This document shows, in pieces, positions 51,391 to 63,522 of a stretch of 64,000 bases of DNA. Below the pieces are notes generated by a model. It did no database searches. It saw nothing but the letters and a program-made list of their open reading frames with translations, and was not told the DNA's origin. Both the position numbers and the translations under genes were made by a program. The number at the start of each line of letters is the position of its first letter. Position 1 is the first letter of the stretch. The stretch comes from Orbicella franksi (taxonomy: Eukaryota): positions 25,916,001 through 25,980,000 of the forward strand of contig OZ116702.1 of NCBI GenBank assembly GCA_964199315.1. The letters run 5' to 3'.

Positions 51391-51696
51391 AAAAATTACA
51401 TTAATTACAGCCATATCGGTTAAAGGGAGCAGTGACATGGAACTAAAAAGCTTTTTGAGATTGATTGCTGATAATAAAGGAAGGAAACATTTTCTCAACC
51501 AGAATACGAAAATAGTAATTTCCAACAGCGGCTGCGGTCACAAGAGAGATTTCTGCCTAAAGGAAAGACGTAATATAGAATATTCACTTTTGTTTCCATG
51601 CTATTGAAAATTCCAAAGGAAAAAAATGGAGACTTGCATGGTTACTTAAAGGATACACAGTTACATTAATCGTAGCGATTTACGTGATTAGTACAT

Positions 51697-51856
51697 GTAA
51701 TAGGACTACCCGCTGTCCAATTTGGAAATAATTGGACGAGAAAAATTCCTCGGACTGCCAAACTGGACGAGGTCGTAGGCCGAGTCCAATTTGGTAGTCC
51801 CAGGAATTTTTTGAATCCAATTATTTCCAAATTGGACAAGCATGTAGTCCTATTAC
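51697..51856. mobile_element. Palindromic MITE-like element, copy 1
   Basis: gtaataggactac..gtccaatttggaaataattgga ... tccaattatttccaaattggac..gtagtcctattac imperfect inverted arms. Confidence 0.75.
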
Positions 51857-53461
51857 CTATTAATTATATAGGATCCAAAAACAGATGAACAAGGCAAATA
51901 TTTTATCCTCCAAAGAAACAGTATTTCTCATTTCGCTTCGCTCAGTTCGTCACAGGTCAAACACTTTAACCCAGGTTTTTTGCTTCTTTGAGTGTTCTCG
52001 TTCTGATTATTTGTTTCGAAGCTTTATTCACTCAGCTAACGGTAGAAGACTAAACTAACGATTCAAAATACATAATTTATACGTACGGCAGAAAGTCCGC
52101 TGACAATAACAGTTACAGAAATTTACATATCGTAACATCCTTCCCTCAAAAGAAAAAAAAAGAAGAGAGAAAAAACAGAAAAAAAAAGAATCAGTTCTTC
52201 TATACGCTAACAGTTCTTAAAATGTCACTCGTTAGACCTTAAGAGTTACAAGATCTGTATAACGACTAGGCGGTTTGACCAGTCTCCGACTTCTTGTACG
52301 GACTTGGCTTTCACACCCCGTAGGTGACACTAAAATGTGATTCGAGCCAAAACTCGATATTTGATTAGATGAATAGACTAACAACAATGGGCTTTACCGC
52401 AAAACGGCAAATATGGCATTTTGTAGTCTGCCTTTTCGCTTGTACATTTGAATGTCTAATTGCGTTAATGAATTTTGAACAGGAGACTTTTTACATTTTG
52501 TGTTGGTCTGGGTGAGGAATCAAAGACAATGAAAGTAAAATCGGTGGCAATTTTCCCGTTTACCGCAAACGACATTCTTAGAGCTTGACGGACGCCACAG
52601 GCAGGTGACAATTTACTCATAATTTATGCTGCAAACAACGTTCATTCCTCGTGTTTTACCATCTTGTGTCTACAAGTTTTCATTTTCAAAGAAGATGCTC
52701 ATGTTCAAAGTTTTAAAGTGAAAAAAAAAAAAGAAAAATGTCTGGAGACATTTTGAAACTGTAGGATCTTCTAGCAGAAGATAAGGTGAATAAACTGTGT
52801 TTTAAAAGTTGAAGATGGTGGTTTACAATTTAAATCATTGCGGCTTAATATCTGCCGACTCCAATCTGACCTTTTATAATACAACCACCGCTCCCCCCCC
52901 GAACACCCCCCACAAACCTGGATGTATGACGTTTTAGCTTCCGTGACCTGAATTAAATTACCATCCGCTCTCATTTTTAAAATTATATTAATTAAAGCCG
53001 TATCGGGTCAAGGCAGCGATGACATGGAACTAAAAAGCTCTTTGATAATCAGATGGACTGCTGATAATAAAGGGAGGAAACATTTTCTCAACCAGAATAC
53101 CGAAATAGCAATTTCCAACAGCGGCTGTGGTCAGGAGAGAGATTTCTGCCTAAAGGAAAGACTTAAAATAGAATATCCACTTTGGTTACCAGGCTATTGA
53201 AAATTCCAAGGAAAACAATGGAAAGTTACATGGTTACTTAAAGATACACGGTTACATTAATCATCACGATTTACGTGATTAGGAGGGAAAGTGTTGCATC
53301 CAACAGGAACTCCGTCAATATCGAACATTTCTGCACACCTGGATTGGTAAATTGTTCCAACAGGCACTTCCTGTACTAGCTGTGTGTGTCATTAAGTGTT
53401 ACGCGCTTGGCTAACCGACAATACCCTTGCGTGCGTAATTTTCGATATCTGAGTAAAGAAA

Positions 53462-54457
53462 ATGAATGGGTTGTTAGAAAATCTAACACTGTCTAACGAA
53501 AGTGAAGCCGAATGTAATCCTTTCACCAAGAAAGATCCCAACTCTGCAATGGCTATCAAGGCAGCATGTTATACCTTGATCATGTTGCTTTCACTTCTTG
53601 GAAACGCGGCGGTTATCGCTGTTGTTGCGAAAAACAGGCATATGCGGACCACAACAAACTACTTAATCGCAAACATGGCCGTGTCAGATCTACTGCTTTC
53701 TACATTTGCAGTACCGCGAGAAATTGCTGAAGTCTTTATCGGTCACCGCAGATGGTTGATCGGTGGTCTGGCTGGTGCAGTCCTTTGCAAAGCTGTTTAC
53801 TCCTTCCAAGACATTTCCACTGCAGTCTCGATACAAAGCATCGTTGTTATCACATTGGATAGGTACACTGGAGTTGTTTCGCCCTTTCGTCGTCCTATCA
53901 TAACTCCGAAACGACGCAAAGTTGTTATTGCACTGATATGGTTGATATCCATGGCTCTACACGGTATTTATTTTTACACGGTACGCCATGAACAAGTAAA
54001 AGGAATTAGTTTCTGCTTCTTCGACAATCCACGAGCAGTAAAGATCAACTTTATTATGATATCAGTTGTTTTGATCGCCATCCCTTTGATAATAATAACC
54101 GTTTTGTACTCACTCATATTTAGAGCTCTGAAAAGACAGAAACCCTTTGGAAAAGGATGTGCATCTTCACTCATGAAAAGCCGGCAGAGAGAGAACGCTA
54201 AAATCATGTGGAAAATTGTAGCAATTATAGTTTTATTCGTTATTTGCATATTACCAATAGATATCTTAGGTTTTCTATTTTTCTTCGCGTGGTACAAGGG
54301 AATTCCTTGTGGTATGGACCATTTGAGCTTCGCAGCTAAGTTCATATTTTACTCAAACGCATCATTGAACCCATGCATTTATTTCCTTCTAAATGAGAGA
54401 TATCGCCAGGGTCTGCGAAATATTCTCAAAGGCAAAGTATATTTTCCTCGCGCGTAG
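53462..54457 (+). CDS. Intronless class A GPCR, copy 2
   Basis: 331-aa ORF with the same motifs. By hand count it differs from copy 1 at 22 nt (11 synonymous, 11 amino-acid changing). Confidence 0.93.
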   Translation: MNGLLENLTLSNESEAECNPFTKKDPNSAMAIKAACYTLIMLLSLLGNAAVIAVVAKNRHMRTTTNYLIANMAVSDLLLSTFAVPREIAEVFIGHRRWLIGGLAGAVLCKAVYSFQDISTAVSIQSIVVITLDRYTGVVSPFRRPIITPKRRKVVIALIWLISMALHGIYFYTVRHEQVKGISFCFFDNPRAVKINFIMISVVLIAIPLIIITVLYSLIFRALKRQKPFGKGCASSLMKSRQRENAKIMWKIVAIIVLFVICILPIDILGFLFFFAWYKGIPCGMDHLSFAAKFIFYSNASLNPCIYFLLNERYRQGLRNILKGKVYFPRA

Positions 54458-56706
54458 GCGATAAAAGACATCGAAATGAATACATTAAAACATATGTAGT
54501 TTTCGTAGTATAGCTAGTACTAACTAGGCTTTTGACTGTTTTTAATAGGTTCTATCGCTCGGAATTGACAAATTTATCGTCTAATTTTCTTTGGAATAAT
54601 TTTTTTTGCCCATAAGTTTCGGATTAAAAATGTTGCAAGGTGATTGTTTCGACTGAGAGTTGCGAGATGAGATTCTATGCGCGCTCTGTTTTCACTGAAA
54701 TTAATAACACCATAGGGATCAGTAAATTAATTTCAACGAAAATTTCCATCTTGATAAAGGGCTTGTTTGTGAAGAGACCCATTTTCAGAATGCGACTACG
54801 ATATCTGAGGTGGCGCAAAAACATTAATATTTTCATTAAATGGTTGACGCAAACTAGTGCTGTAATTTCTAAGTTAAATATGCAAAACGTTTGTGATGTT
54901 TTCGTCTTCGCTTCTACTTGGCCTTTTTCCAAATGAAACTAGAAAAGCTAAGTTCCACAACTTTGTGTGTTCCAGTGCATAGGACAGTGTTTGCAAGTCT
55001 TGTGCTGTTTTATAGCCTTTTTTAAATCTTTTTTCCAGAAGAGGGTACGATAGTTTCTTTGAATTTTTGAAGTGTATGAAAGTCACGTACTTAACGCACT
55101 TTCTATAAGTAATAGCTAGCCTGTTTCTCTTATAATGAACTTTTTTTATATTTGCATGACAATACAGTTCGACATTATGAGCCGAGGTAATCTCGGCCAT
55201 AGGCTGTCAGACATCTTTATGTTTGTCGTGCTTTTATACAAATAATTTGAAAATGGAGAAGAGGGACATATATTAATCATTACTTTTCGGATATTTGAGT
55301 TTGCCAGATTTTCCCTAAAACGTAATCGTCTAACTTACATTTTGTTTACAGGCAACGGGAACTGAGACAATATTTTGGTCCTTTCAGCTCATTTTGCTTG
55401 CTGCATTTTTTTAAGCTTTGTGAGTTGATGTAAATGAATCTTCTATGAAAGACGCTGAATAATAATAATAAAAACAAAAACGCTTACAGGAGTAAAGGAA
55501 GCGAATCCGTGTATTTTATGTCATTGAAAACTTGCACGTTACAAACTTACATCTGTAATCGAATTTCTGTTACCAGTCGAAGCCACATCCCATAAGGTAT
55601 CTTCCAGAATCCGTGATATCAGCTAATGCTGCACTCCAATCTAACGACGAAGCAATTTAGTCTTCTGTAGCGAAGAAACTGACTGGGAGGTGAGAGAGTA
55701 ATCTTAGAGATGTTTATTTTTTACCGACATGTTTTGGCATCAGCTGTTTGCTAGCAGGTACCAATGGCGGATCCAGACATTGAGCTAAGAGGGGGACCCG
55801 GTTTTGTTTTACCCGCCCTGTCGGCTTTTCTTCTTTGTGTCATTTCTTCTTCTTTTACCCAAAATAAGAGGTCGGATCAGTTCAGACGCGACAAAGATTA
55901 GTCAAAATAGAAGCTTTCTCATCCAACACAGCAAGAGTTTTCCTTTCCTACACTTGAGGTGGTCACTGTTTCAATGATGATCGTACCTTTTCATTCAAAT
56001 TTCTAAAATTTGCTTAACAACACTACTGATGAACAAAAAAGCGACAAAGATATAGGCGAAAGGCATTGAAAATGCTAATTTTTTATCGGATTCCCTAATC
56101 TAAGGACACATACATTTAAAAGAGAATATTACATCGAAAATTCTTTTAATTTAAATTTGCTTCAAAGATCGTTTAAGGTGGCTGAAATTCTAATGAGTGG
56201 TTCTCGAGAAACAGGCGTATTTCCGAGAGTGCAAATTTTCATTCAATCGCAATTTTTTGACTAACTACGCATGCGCTGCATTTAACTGAGTTCTTTCGCT
56301 AACAAAGAAAAAGCTGAGAATTGCTGAGTTCTTTGCATCTTTACCTTTTCTAACATATATTTATGATAAAAGACTAAAGCCATCAATACACTGCGTTCAA
56401 TTATAGAGAAAAATAGCACAGATAGTGCGGGTGTTGAGTAAATAAAATGATCGCTCTATTGACGGCATTGCTCTATTGACGGCACAGCGGCATCAGCAAA
56501 AGCGCGCGGGAAAACTGTGTTCGGCCACCTTAAAGATGACACATTACCTAGGCTTATCTGTTCCTATCAGTATTACACAGCACACTCTTTCGGCCGTTTA
56601 AAAAATTGATTAAAGGTGCTCTGCATTTTAAAATTACTTAAATCGTTTACTAAACCAATTTGAAATTACGAAGTTTAAAGCCCGTACCCGAAATTACCCA
56701 GCCATC

Positions 56707-57750
56707 ATGATGGACCATATTATTAAGCAAATACGTCATGAGGGGCGTCATGAGGGACGGACGTGTGTTTTAATCCGAAGCGCACTAACCTCCCGAAAGC
56801 TCGGTTATTTTTGTATTTTAAGTCTTATGGTTGAAGACACCATGCTTACGCCGGCCAAGAAACGTGACCAACGTCCTTCTGATGGAGAGAAAGTATCTCC
56901 GGATTCAAAAATTCCTAGGCACAAAGAAGATGACCACGCGAGTAATCCGGAGAACATGGCGGCGGCACCACAAGCTTCTCCAGAGTCTTCTTCCCCCGAG
57001 ACAAATTCTGACATGAAAGAGATTAAAGAAATGCTTGCAGTTATCCAAGGTCAAATGGCTACAGTTCTGTCCGATAATAGGAAGATACAACGAGACCTCG
57101 AAACACTTAAAGAGTCGATGAACATGCAGGACCGCGAGCTTAAACAAACACAGCAACAACTGACGAAAGCGGTCGCTCAGAGCGATTTGCTAAGGAAGGA
57201 ATTGGATGCTGCTCTTTCCAAACTCAGGAAACAGCAAGAGGAAATCAACAGCATGTGGTGTAAGCAGGACGATCTTGAACAATACTCTCGCAAAAACTCC
57301 TTGGAATTGCATGGAATCCCACGCAGTACATATTCTTCCACCGAAGAGGCTGTGCTCAAAGTGACAAATGCTCTCAATGTCATCGTGAGCCCTGAAGACA
57401 TCGAAATATCTCATCATATACGGCTCAAGCACAGCGAAGCGATTATAGTAAAATTTGTCAGCCATAAAGTTAAATCCCAAGTCTACAAAGCACGTACCAG
57501 GTTAAAGAATGTATCCTTAACTGGTCTCTTTCAAGACTGTCCAGCATCTTCTCGAACCGAATCAAACCGTATACACATGTGTGAAAGTCTAACGGCCTAC
57601 AGGCGTCATCTCGCTAATAAGTTAAAAACGAAACGGAGGAACAACGAACTTTTGAGTGTTTGGACGATGGATGGCAAGGTTTTTGTCAAGACGTCTCCGG
57701 AAGGCTCGCCAATCAGAATATCCTGCGACGAAGACTTGGACAATCTCTAA
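56707..57750 (+). CDS. LINE ORF1, copy 2
   Basis: Open 347-aa ORF with 8 nt differences from copy 1 downstream of the likely start. Confidence 0.85.
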   Translation: MMDHIIKQIRHEGRHEGRTCVLIRSALTSRKLGYFCILSLMVEDTMLTPAKKRDQRPSDGEKVSPDSKIPRHKEDDHASNPENMAAAPQASPESSSPETNSDMKEIKEMLAVIQGQMATVLSDNRKIQRDLETLKESMNMQDRELKQTQQQLTKAVAQSDLLRKELDAALSKLRKQQEEINSMWCKQDDLEQYSRKNSLELHGIPRSTYSSTEEAVLKVTNALNVIVSPEDIEISHHIRLKHSEAIIVKFVSHKVKSQVYKARTRLKNVSLTGLFQDCPASSRTESNRIHMCESLTAYRRHLANKLKTKRRNNELLSVWTMDGKVFVKTSPEGSPIRISCDEDLDNL

Positions 57751-58074
57751 ACTATTCACTCGTCGAGGGAAGTATAAACGTGAGAACCTGATAACTATGC
57801 TATGTGTCTTTATTATTATAATTATAGTGTTAAGGGAGGTGTTTGGAGCTTTTCGTTTTCGTTAGCCTCTTCCGTCAGGGACCGGACTTAATCTAGTTTT
57901 TGGGATCCATTTATATTATTTATTTAGTTAGTTAGTTAGTTAGTTAGTTCGTTCGTTCGTTCGTTCGTTCATTCGTTCGTTCGTTCGTTCGTTCGTTCGT
58001 TCGTTAGTTAGTTAGTTATTTTTTACTTCGCTGTTTTCTTTTTCTTTTAGAAAACTCATTTATTTACCGTAGCT

Positions 58075-61000
58075 ATGTTATATCTTTCACTTATGCTCGA
58101 TCCAACAGTATGCAAATTTCTATTTAAAAAATAAGAAGAAACGCAGATCTATTTTTTCTTATTTGAAAGACCAAAATTGCCATTTTTACTTTCTGCAAGA
58201 GACGTATTCGGAACCCAGAGACGAAATTGTTTGGAGAAGTGAATGGGGAGGAGAAATTCTGTACTCGCATGGCACAAACCAGAAAAAAGGCGTCTGCATT
58301 TTGACAAACCCAAAATTTAACGGCTTTCAAATCGAATATTCTTGCAGTGACTCTCAACAGCGAATCATTCTGGCCAACATAAACATAAATTCTGTTCAAA
58401 TATCTCTCTGCAATATTTACGCTCCAAACAACCTTCAGGTGCAAAACACCTTTGTCAAAGATTGAAATCAGTTTTTACTCTCTAATGCTAATGTCAGCCG
58501 ACTTATTGTTGGAGGCGACTGGAATGTCGCACTCGGCGCCATCGACAAGAAGGGTGGAATACCTTGGAGACCAACGACATACCGTGATTGTATAATTGCA
58601 ATGTGTGAAGAATTAGATTTGATCGATATATTGAGGAAGAAAAAGCCTAATGCAAAACTATTTACTTATGAATCAAAACCGCTAAAAATGAAATCGAGAA
58701 TTGACTACTTTTTAATCGCAAACTCAATGTCTCATCTAGTTTCTCATGTTAATATTGGAATTTCAATTGCACCGGATCACAGAGCGGTAAGGTTAAATGT
58801 TAATTTGACGTCCAACAAACGAGGGCACGGTCTGTGGAAGTTCGACAACTCTCTGTTACTTGATGATGAATTCGTCAGCTTGATCGAGGCTAGTTATTCG
58901 GCCATAAGTGAAAAATTTTGTGAATTGGATGATAAACAGCTAAAATGCGAAATGATCAAGATGGAATTGAGGGGCTTAATAATTCAGTACGGAAAACGCA
59001 AGACCCGAAAGTCTAGAGATTACCTAGTAAGTTTAGAGCAACGGCTTGCTGAAACGGAAGCGTTTATCAACAACAGTAACGAGGGTGATTAACGCTGCAG
59101 GAACAGTTAAAAAAAGAATTACAGTATCTCTACGAAAAGAGGGGTGAAGGCGCAATGTTTCGCTCTAAACTTCCATGGACCGAACTGGGAGAGAAACCAA
59201 CCAGGTATTTTTTCAATATGGAGGCAAAACATTTTAATCAGAAGACTATTACTGAGCTGGAAACTAGCGAGGGGGGGGGGGGGGGGGTAAAATAACAGGC
59301 CAAAAGCAATTATTACAAGAAATTGAAAATTTTTATCAGAATTTATACCACTCAGAATATGCTGGTTCACATGAACTCTTCGCAGGCTTCGTCCACTCCG
59401 TGCAACTTCCTAGGCTGAGTGATGATGACAAAGAAAATTTAGAAGGAGAATTAACCGTCGAAGAATGCCGTCATATTTTAAAAACCTTCAATTTCGGGAA
59501 GTCACCAGGTGAAGACGGCTTTACAGTAGAATTCTATACAAAGTTCTTTGAGCTTCTAGCTAGCGACCTAGTTGAAAGTCTAAACACAGCATATTCGAGA
59601 GGGGAGCTGTCAATTTCACAGAGAAGGGGGGGTTGTCACCCTTATTCCAAAGGCAGATTCTGACACTCTGAAGCTCACCAATTGGCGGCCAATAACCTTG
59701 TTAAATGTTGACTACAAGATTGCATCCAAAGCAATACCTACACGAATTAAAAAGGTACTTCCGCAGCTAATACATACTGACCAAACAGGCTTTATGAAAG
59801 ACAGATTTATTGGTTAGAATATACGTCTACTATGTGACCTCTTAGAACAGACGGAACTGGAAAATATACCAGGCATTCTCCTCCAGCTCGACTTTCGCAA
59901 AGCCTTTGACACAATCGCGTGGCCAATGATTCAACAAGTCCTGTCAATTTTCAACTTTGGTGTTTCTATTAAGCGTTGGATAGAAACTTTCTACTGTAAT
60001 GCAGAGAGTTCCGTTATTAATAATGGTTTCACTACTAAGCAGCTCAAGTTGTCTCGAGGAGTAAGGCAAGGTTGTCCACTATCACCCTATCTGTTTATTT
60101 TATCTGTGGAGATACTTACGTCTAAAATACGGCAAGATAATTCGATTTGCGGCATTTTTATCTCTCATAAGGAACTCAAAATTAGCCAATTTGCGGACGA
60201 CGCCTCTCTCATTTGCGGTAACCTAATATCGGTCCAAAACGCCTTGCTCATACTAAACGAGTTCGGGATTTTATCTGGCCTAAAACTCAACGAATCCAAA
60301 ACCAAAGCTCTTTGGCTAGGTCCATGGAAAAAGGGGACCGAAAGACCTTTCAACTTCATATGGACGAAAGAACCGCTTAAAGTCTTGGGGATTCATATCT
60401 CTTACGATAAGGCGGGAAATGAGAGAAAAAATGTCAACCAAAAAATTGAAAAACTTAATGCAAAGCTGGGTACCTGGAGATCGCGCCAACTCTCTATCTT
60501 CGGGCGCTGTTTAATCGTTAAGTCTCTAGGGATTTCACAGATCGTTCACTCTGCTGCCGTGCTAGACATTCACAAGGACCACATTGCAAAAATTCAATCT
60601 TCAATTTTTAAATTTATTTGGAAGGAAAAGCAGGACAAAATTAAAAGGGAAGTTCTATATCAAGATTATGAAAGAGGTGGTTTGCGTGTAACACACGTTG
60701 AAACTTTGTGTAAGGCTCTACGTTTGGCATGGATCCAAAGGTTCCTAAAAAGTGACAGCCGGGGAACAGAAAATTGGAAAGTCATTCCATGTTCCTTCTT
60801 TAAGAAATATGGAGGCTTATACTTCTTGCTTCACTGTAACTTTGATGAAAATTTCCTAAAGTCGATTGAAATGCCATCCTTCTACAAGCAAATTCTGAGT
60901 TTCTTTTTGGAACTGAAGAGTATCTATGACACGAACGGAGACCAGGAATTAATCCTTTTTAACAACAAAGAAATACAAATAGGTGATAAAAGTGTGTTTT

Positions 61001-61797
61001 ATCAGAATTGGTTTGACCAAGGAGTCTACTCCATTTGTGACATTCTCGATTCCAGTGGAATGTACTTGAATTTTGCAGATTTCTGTCGGAAATTTTCTGT
61101 TAAGTCCAATTTTCTCACCTATTTTCAAATTCTGTCGGCTATCCCTAAACGACTGCTGGAAAAGGCGAGGGACTCTTTTGGCACCAATCCAATTTTTACT
61201 CCAGGGAATTCCACTTTTCATCTGTCACCGTCGCTGTCGATCGACCTATCTAAATTTACATCTAAAGATTACTACTGGCTTTTTTTGAACAGGAAGGAAC
61301 CTTGCGCAACTGGCCCTAGCAAGTGGCAACGCGACCTTCCACAGTTCACTCTCTCTTGGAGCACAATTTTTAAGCGGATAAAGTCAATCAGTAAGCGAAA
61401 TAAATTAAAAGATTTTTTTTACAAACTCGCTGATCGCATTGTCACCACAAAGAAAGAATTACATTTATACGGAATTGAAGACAACAAGAGTTGTCATTAC
61501 TGCGGGGATGATGACTCTTTACTTCACTCCTTCTTAGGTTGTCATGTTGCGGTCGACTTTCTCTGGAAAGTGCTATGCTGGTTTAATGAAAAGGAAAACT
61601 CTTCCATTACATTAAACGCAAAAGAAATACTCTTCGGAGCAGCTATTGATAACGACACTAAACTGAAAAAACTAAATTTCTGTCTCGTCTATGCCAAATT
61701 CTACTTTCATTTCCAGAAAATCAACCAACGTGCATGTAATTGGGATGTTTTTGTCCGGAAACTAAATTTCATGTTGAAAATAGAAGATTTCGTTTAG
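58075..61797 (+). pseudogene. LINE ORF2, disrupted, copy 2
   Basis: Shared stops at 58463, 59090 and 59815. Private lesions: a 17-nt deletion near 58125 removing SLNVR, and two G-run frameshifts (~59271-59287 and ~59626-59632). Confidence 0.92.
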
Positions 61798-61828
61798 TTC
61801 AATTTGTCCTCTATTTCTCGCAATCAAA

Positions 61829-61862
<34 letters not shown>

Positions 61863-62392
61863 CGCAAACTTTTTATCTTCGCAATTACGTAAATTGAATA
61901 TGATATATCCTGTAGAAATCAGTTGTAATTATATAGTATTATTATTAGTACAGTAGTTACCCGAAAGTGCTTTATCTAGCGTTATGTTAATGTTGAAAAA
62001 AAAAAAACGTATTGTAGGTAAGTTTATCGTAAGTATTGTATTTAAGTAGTTTATTGTAATTAACATGTTATAGGTATATTTATTGTAATAAAAATGTTGG
62101 AAAATAAACAAAGAAAAAAAAAATCGAGGACGGTAAAATTAACCGACAAATAAATCATTGAATTTCCTTTTAGTCGTAGCCGCCTTTTTACGTTTGTTGC
62201 ACTTGTTTGACAATTTATCTTGTGTCTATCTGTCGCACCTCTTTAACAAAGCTGTAGAAAAGTTGCGACCCACAGGCGACTGTTTTCACTAGCTCATAAG
62301 CATTTGTTTAAGCGACATGAGCATGCAGACTCAGTAAGATGCTGTCAATTAGCGCCTTTTTTGGCGCCCTACTACGTTTGCACGTGTTGCAT

Positions 62393-62771
62393 AGGCCCCG
62401 TCCACGCTACGCCAGACAAATTTGAAAACGCAGCTTTATTTCTACAGTTGGGCCTACCGTCCACGCTAATCCGTCACGAAAACGGAGCTTTTCGAAAACG
62501 CTCTTCAAACCGGGGGAATTTGAAAAGCCGGTTTTGCGTTTTAGTGTGGAAGGAGAACATTTTGAAAACGGAGCTTTTTGAAAACAATGACGTCACGATA
62601 ATCATGTGACTTCCCTACCCGAGCTTTCCTCAAACATAAATTCAAAATGACCGGTTATGGTTGACTAGTCAAATTTCTCCGGCGTAGTATTAACGGGAAA
62701 CATTTGTGCTTTCAGGGTACCGAAAAACGCCGTTTCAAATATTTTTCCGGCGTAGTGTGCACGGTGTCTTA
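62393..62771. mobile_element. MITE with TIRs, copy 2
   Basis: Duplicate of 50726-51104. Confidence 0.7.
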
Positions 62772-62871
62772 GGCTTATGTTTATGCCAAAGTAAAAGCCA
62801 ATCTTCAGGGTTAGCTGGCCAATTATGTCGACTTCCTAAAGAGCTATATACACTTTACGGTATGAGTAAAC

Positions 62872-63056
62872 ATGATAGATGGTCCTCTTATTAATACCAC
62901 CATGCTAAACTCGACTGATGTCAGATGCATGCCTTTCATCAAAGAAGATCCCGTGTCTACAAAAGCCATCAAAGCAATAAGTTACATCGTAATGATGTTG
63001 CTCTCACTTCTTAGAAACGCGGCAGTCATCGCCATTATTGCGAAAAACAAAATCAC
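62872..63056 (+). pseudogene. Truncated GPCR paralog (N-terminus + TM1 only), copy 2
   Basis: Near-identical to 51206-51390. Confidence 0.82.
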
Positions 63057-63362
63057 AAAAATTACATTAATTACAGCCATATCGGTTAAAGGGAGCAGTG
63101 ACATGGAACTAAAAAGCTTTTTGAGATTGATTGCTGATAATAAAGGAAGGAAACATTTTCTCAACCAGAATACGAAAATAGTAATTTCCAACAGCGGCTG
63201 CGGTCACAAGAGAGATTTCTGCCTAAAGGAAAGACGTAATATAGAATATTCACTTTTGTTTCCATGCTATTGAAAATTCCAAAGGAAAAAAATGGAGACT
63301 TGCATGGTTACTTAAAAGATACACAGTTACATTAATCATAACGATTGAAGAGATTACTACAT

Positions 63363-63522
63363 GTATTAGGACTACATGCTGTCCAATTTGGAAATAATTG
63401 GAGGAGAAAAATTCCTCGGACTGCCAAATTGGACGAGGTCGTTGGCCGAGTCCAATTTGGCAGTCCCAGGAATTTTTTTGAATCATTTATTTTCAAATTG
63501 GACAAGCATGTAGTCCTATTAC
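63363..63522. mobile_element. Palindromic MITE-like element, copy 2
   Basis: Homolog of 51697-51856 in the second duplication unit. Confidence 0.75.

Larger units (their letters stand above)
40661..52011 (+). repeat. Tandem segmental duplication, unit 1 (~11.35 kb)
   Basis: Colinear with 52332-63675. ORF offsets are 11681 (GPCR, ORF1), 11672 (RT) and 11666 (truncated GPCR). Confidence 0.95.
56681..62123 (+). mobile_element. L1/Tx1-clade retrotransposon, copy 2
   Basis: About 99% identical to copy 1, at the same position within the duplicated unit, with the same three ORF2 lesions. Confidence 0.92.
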
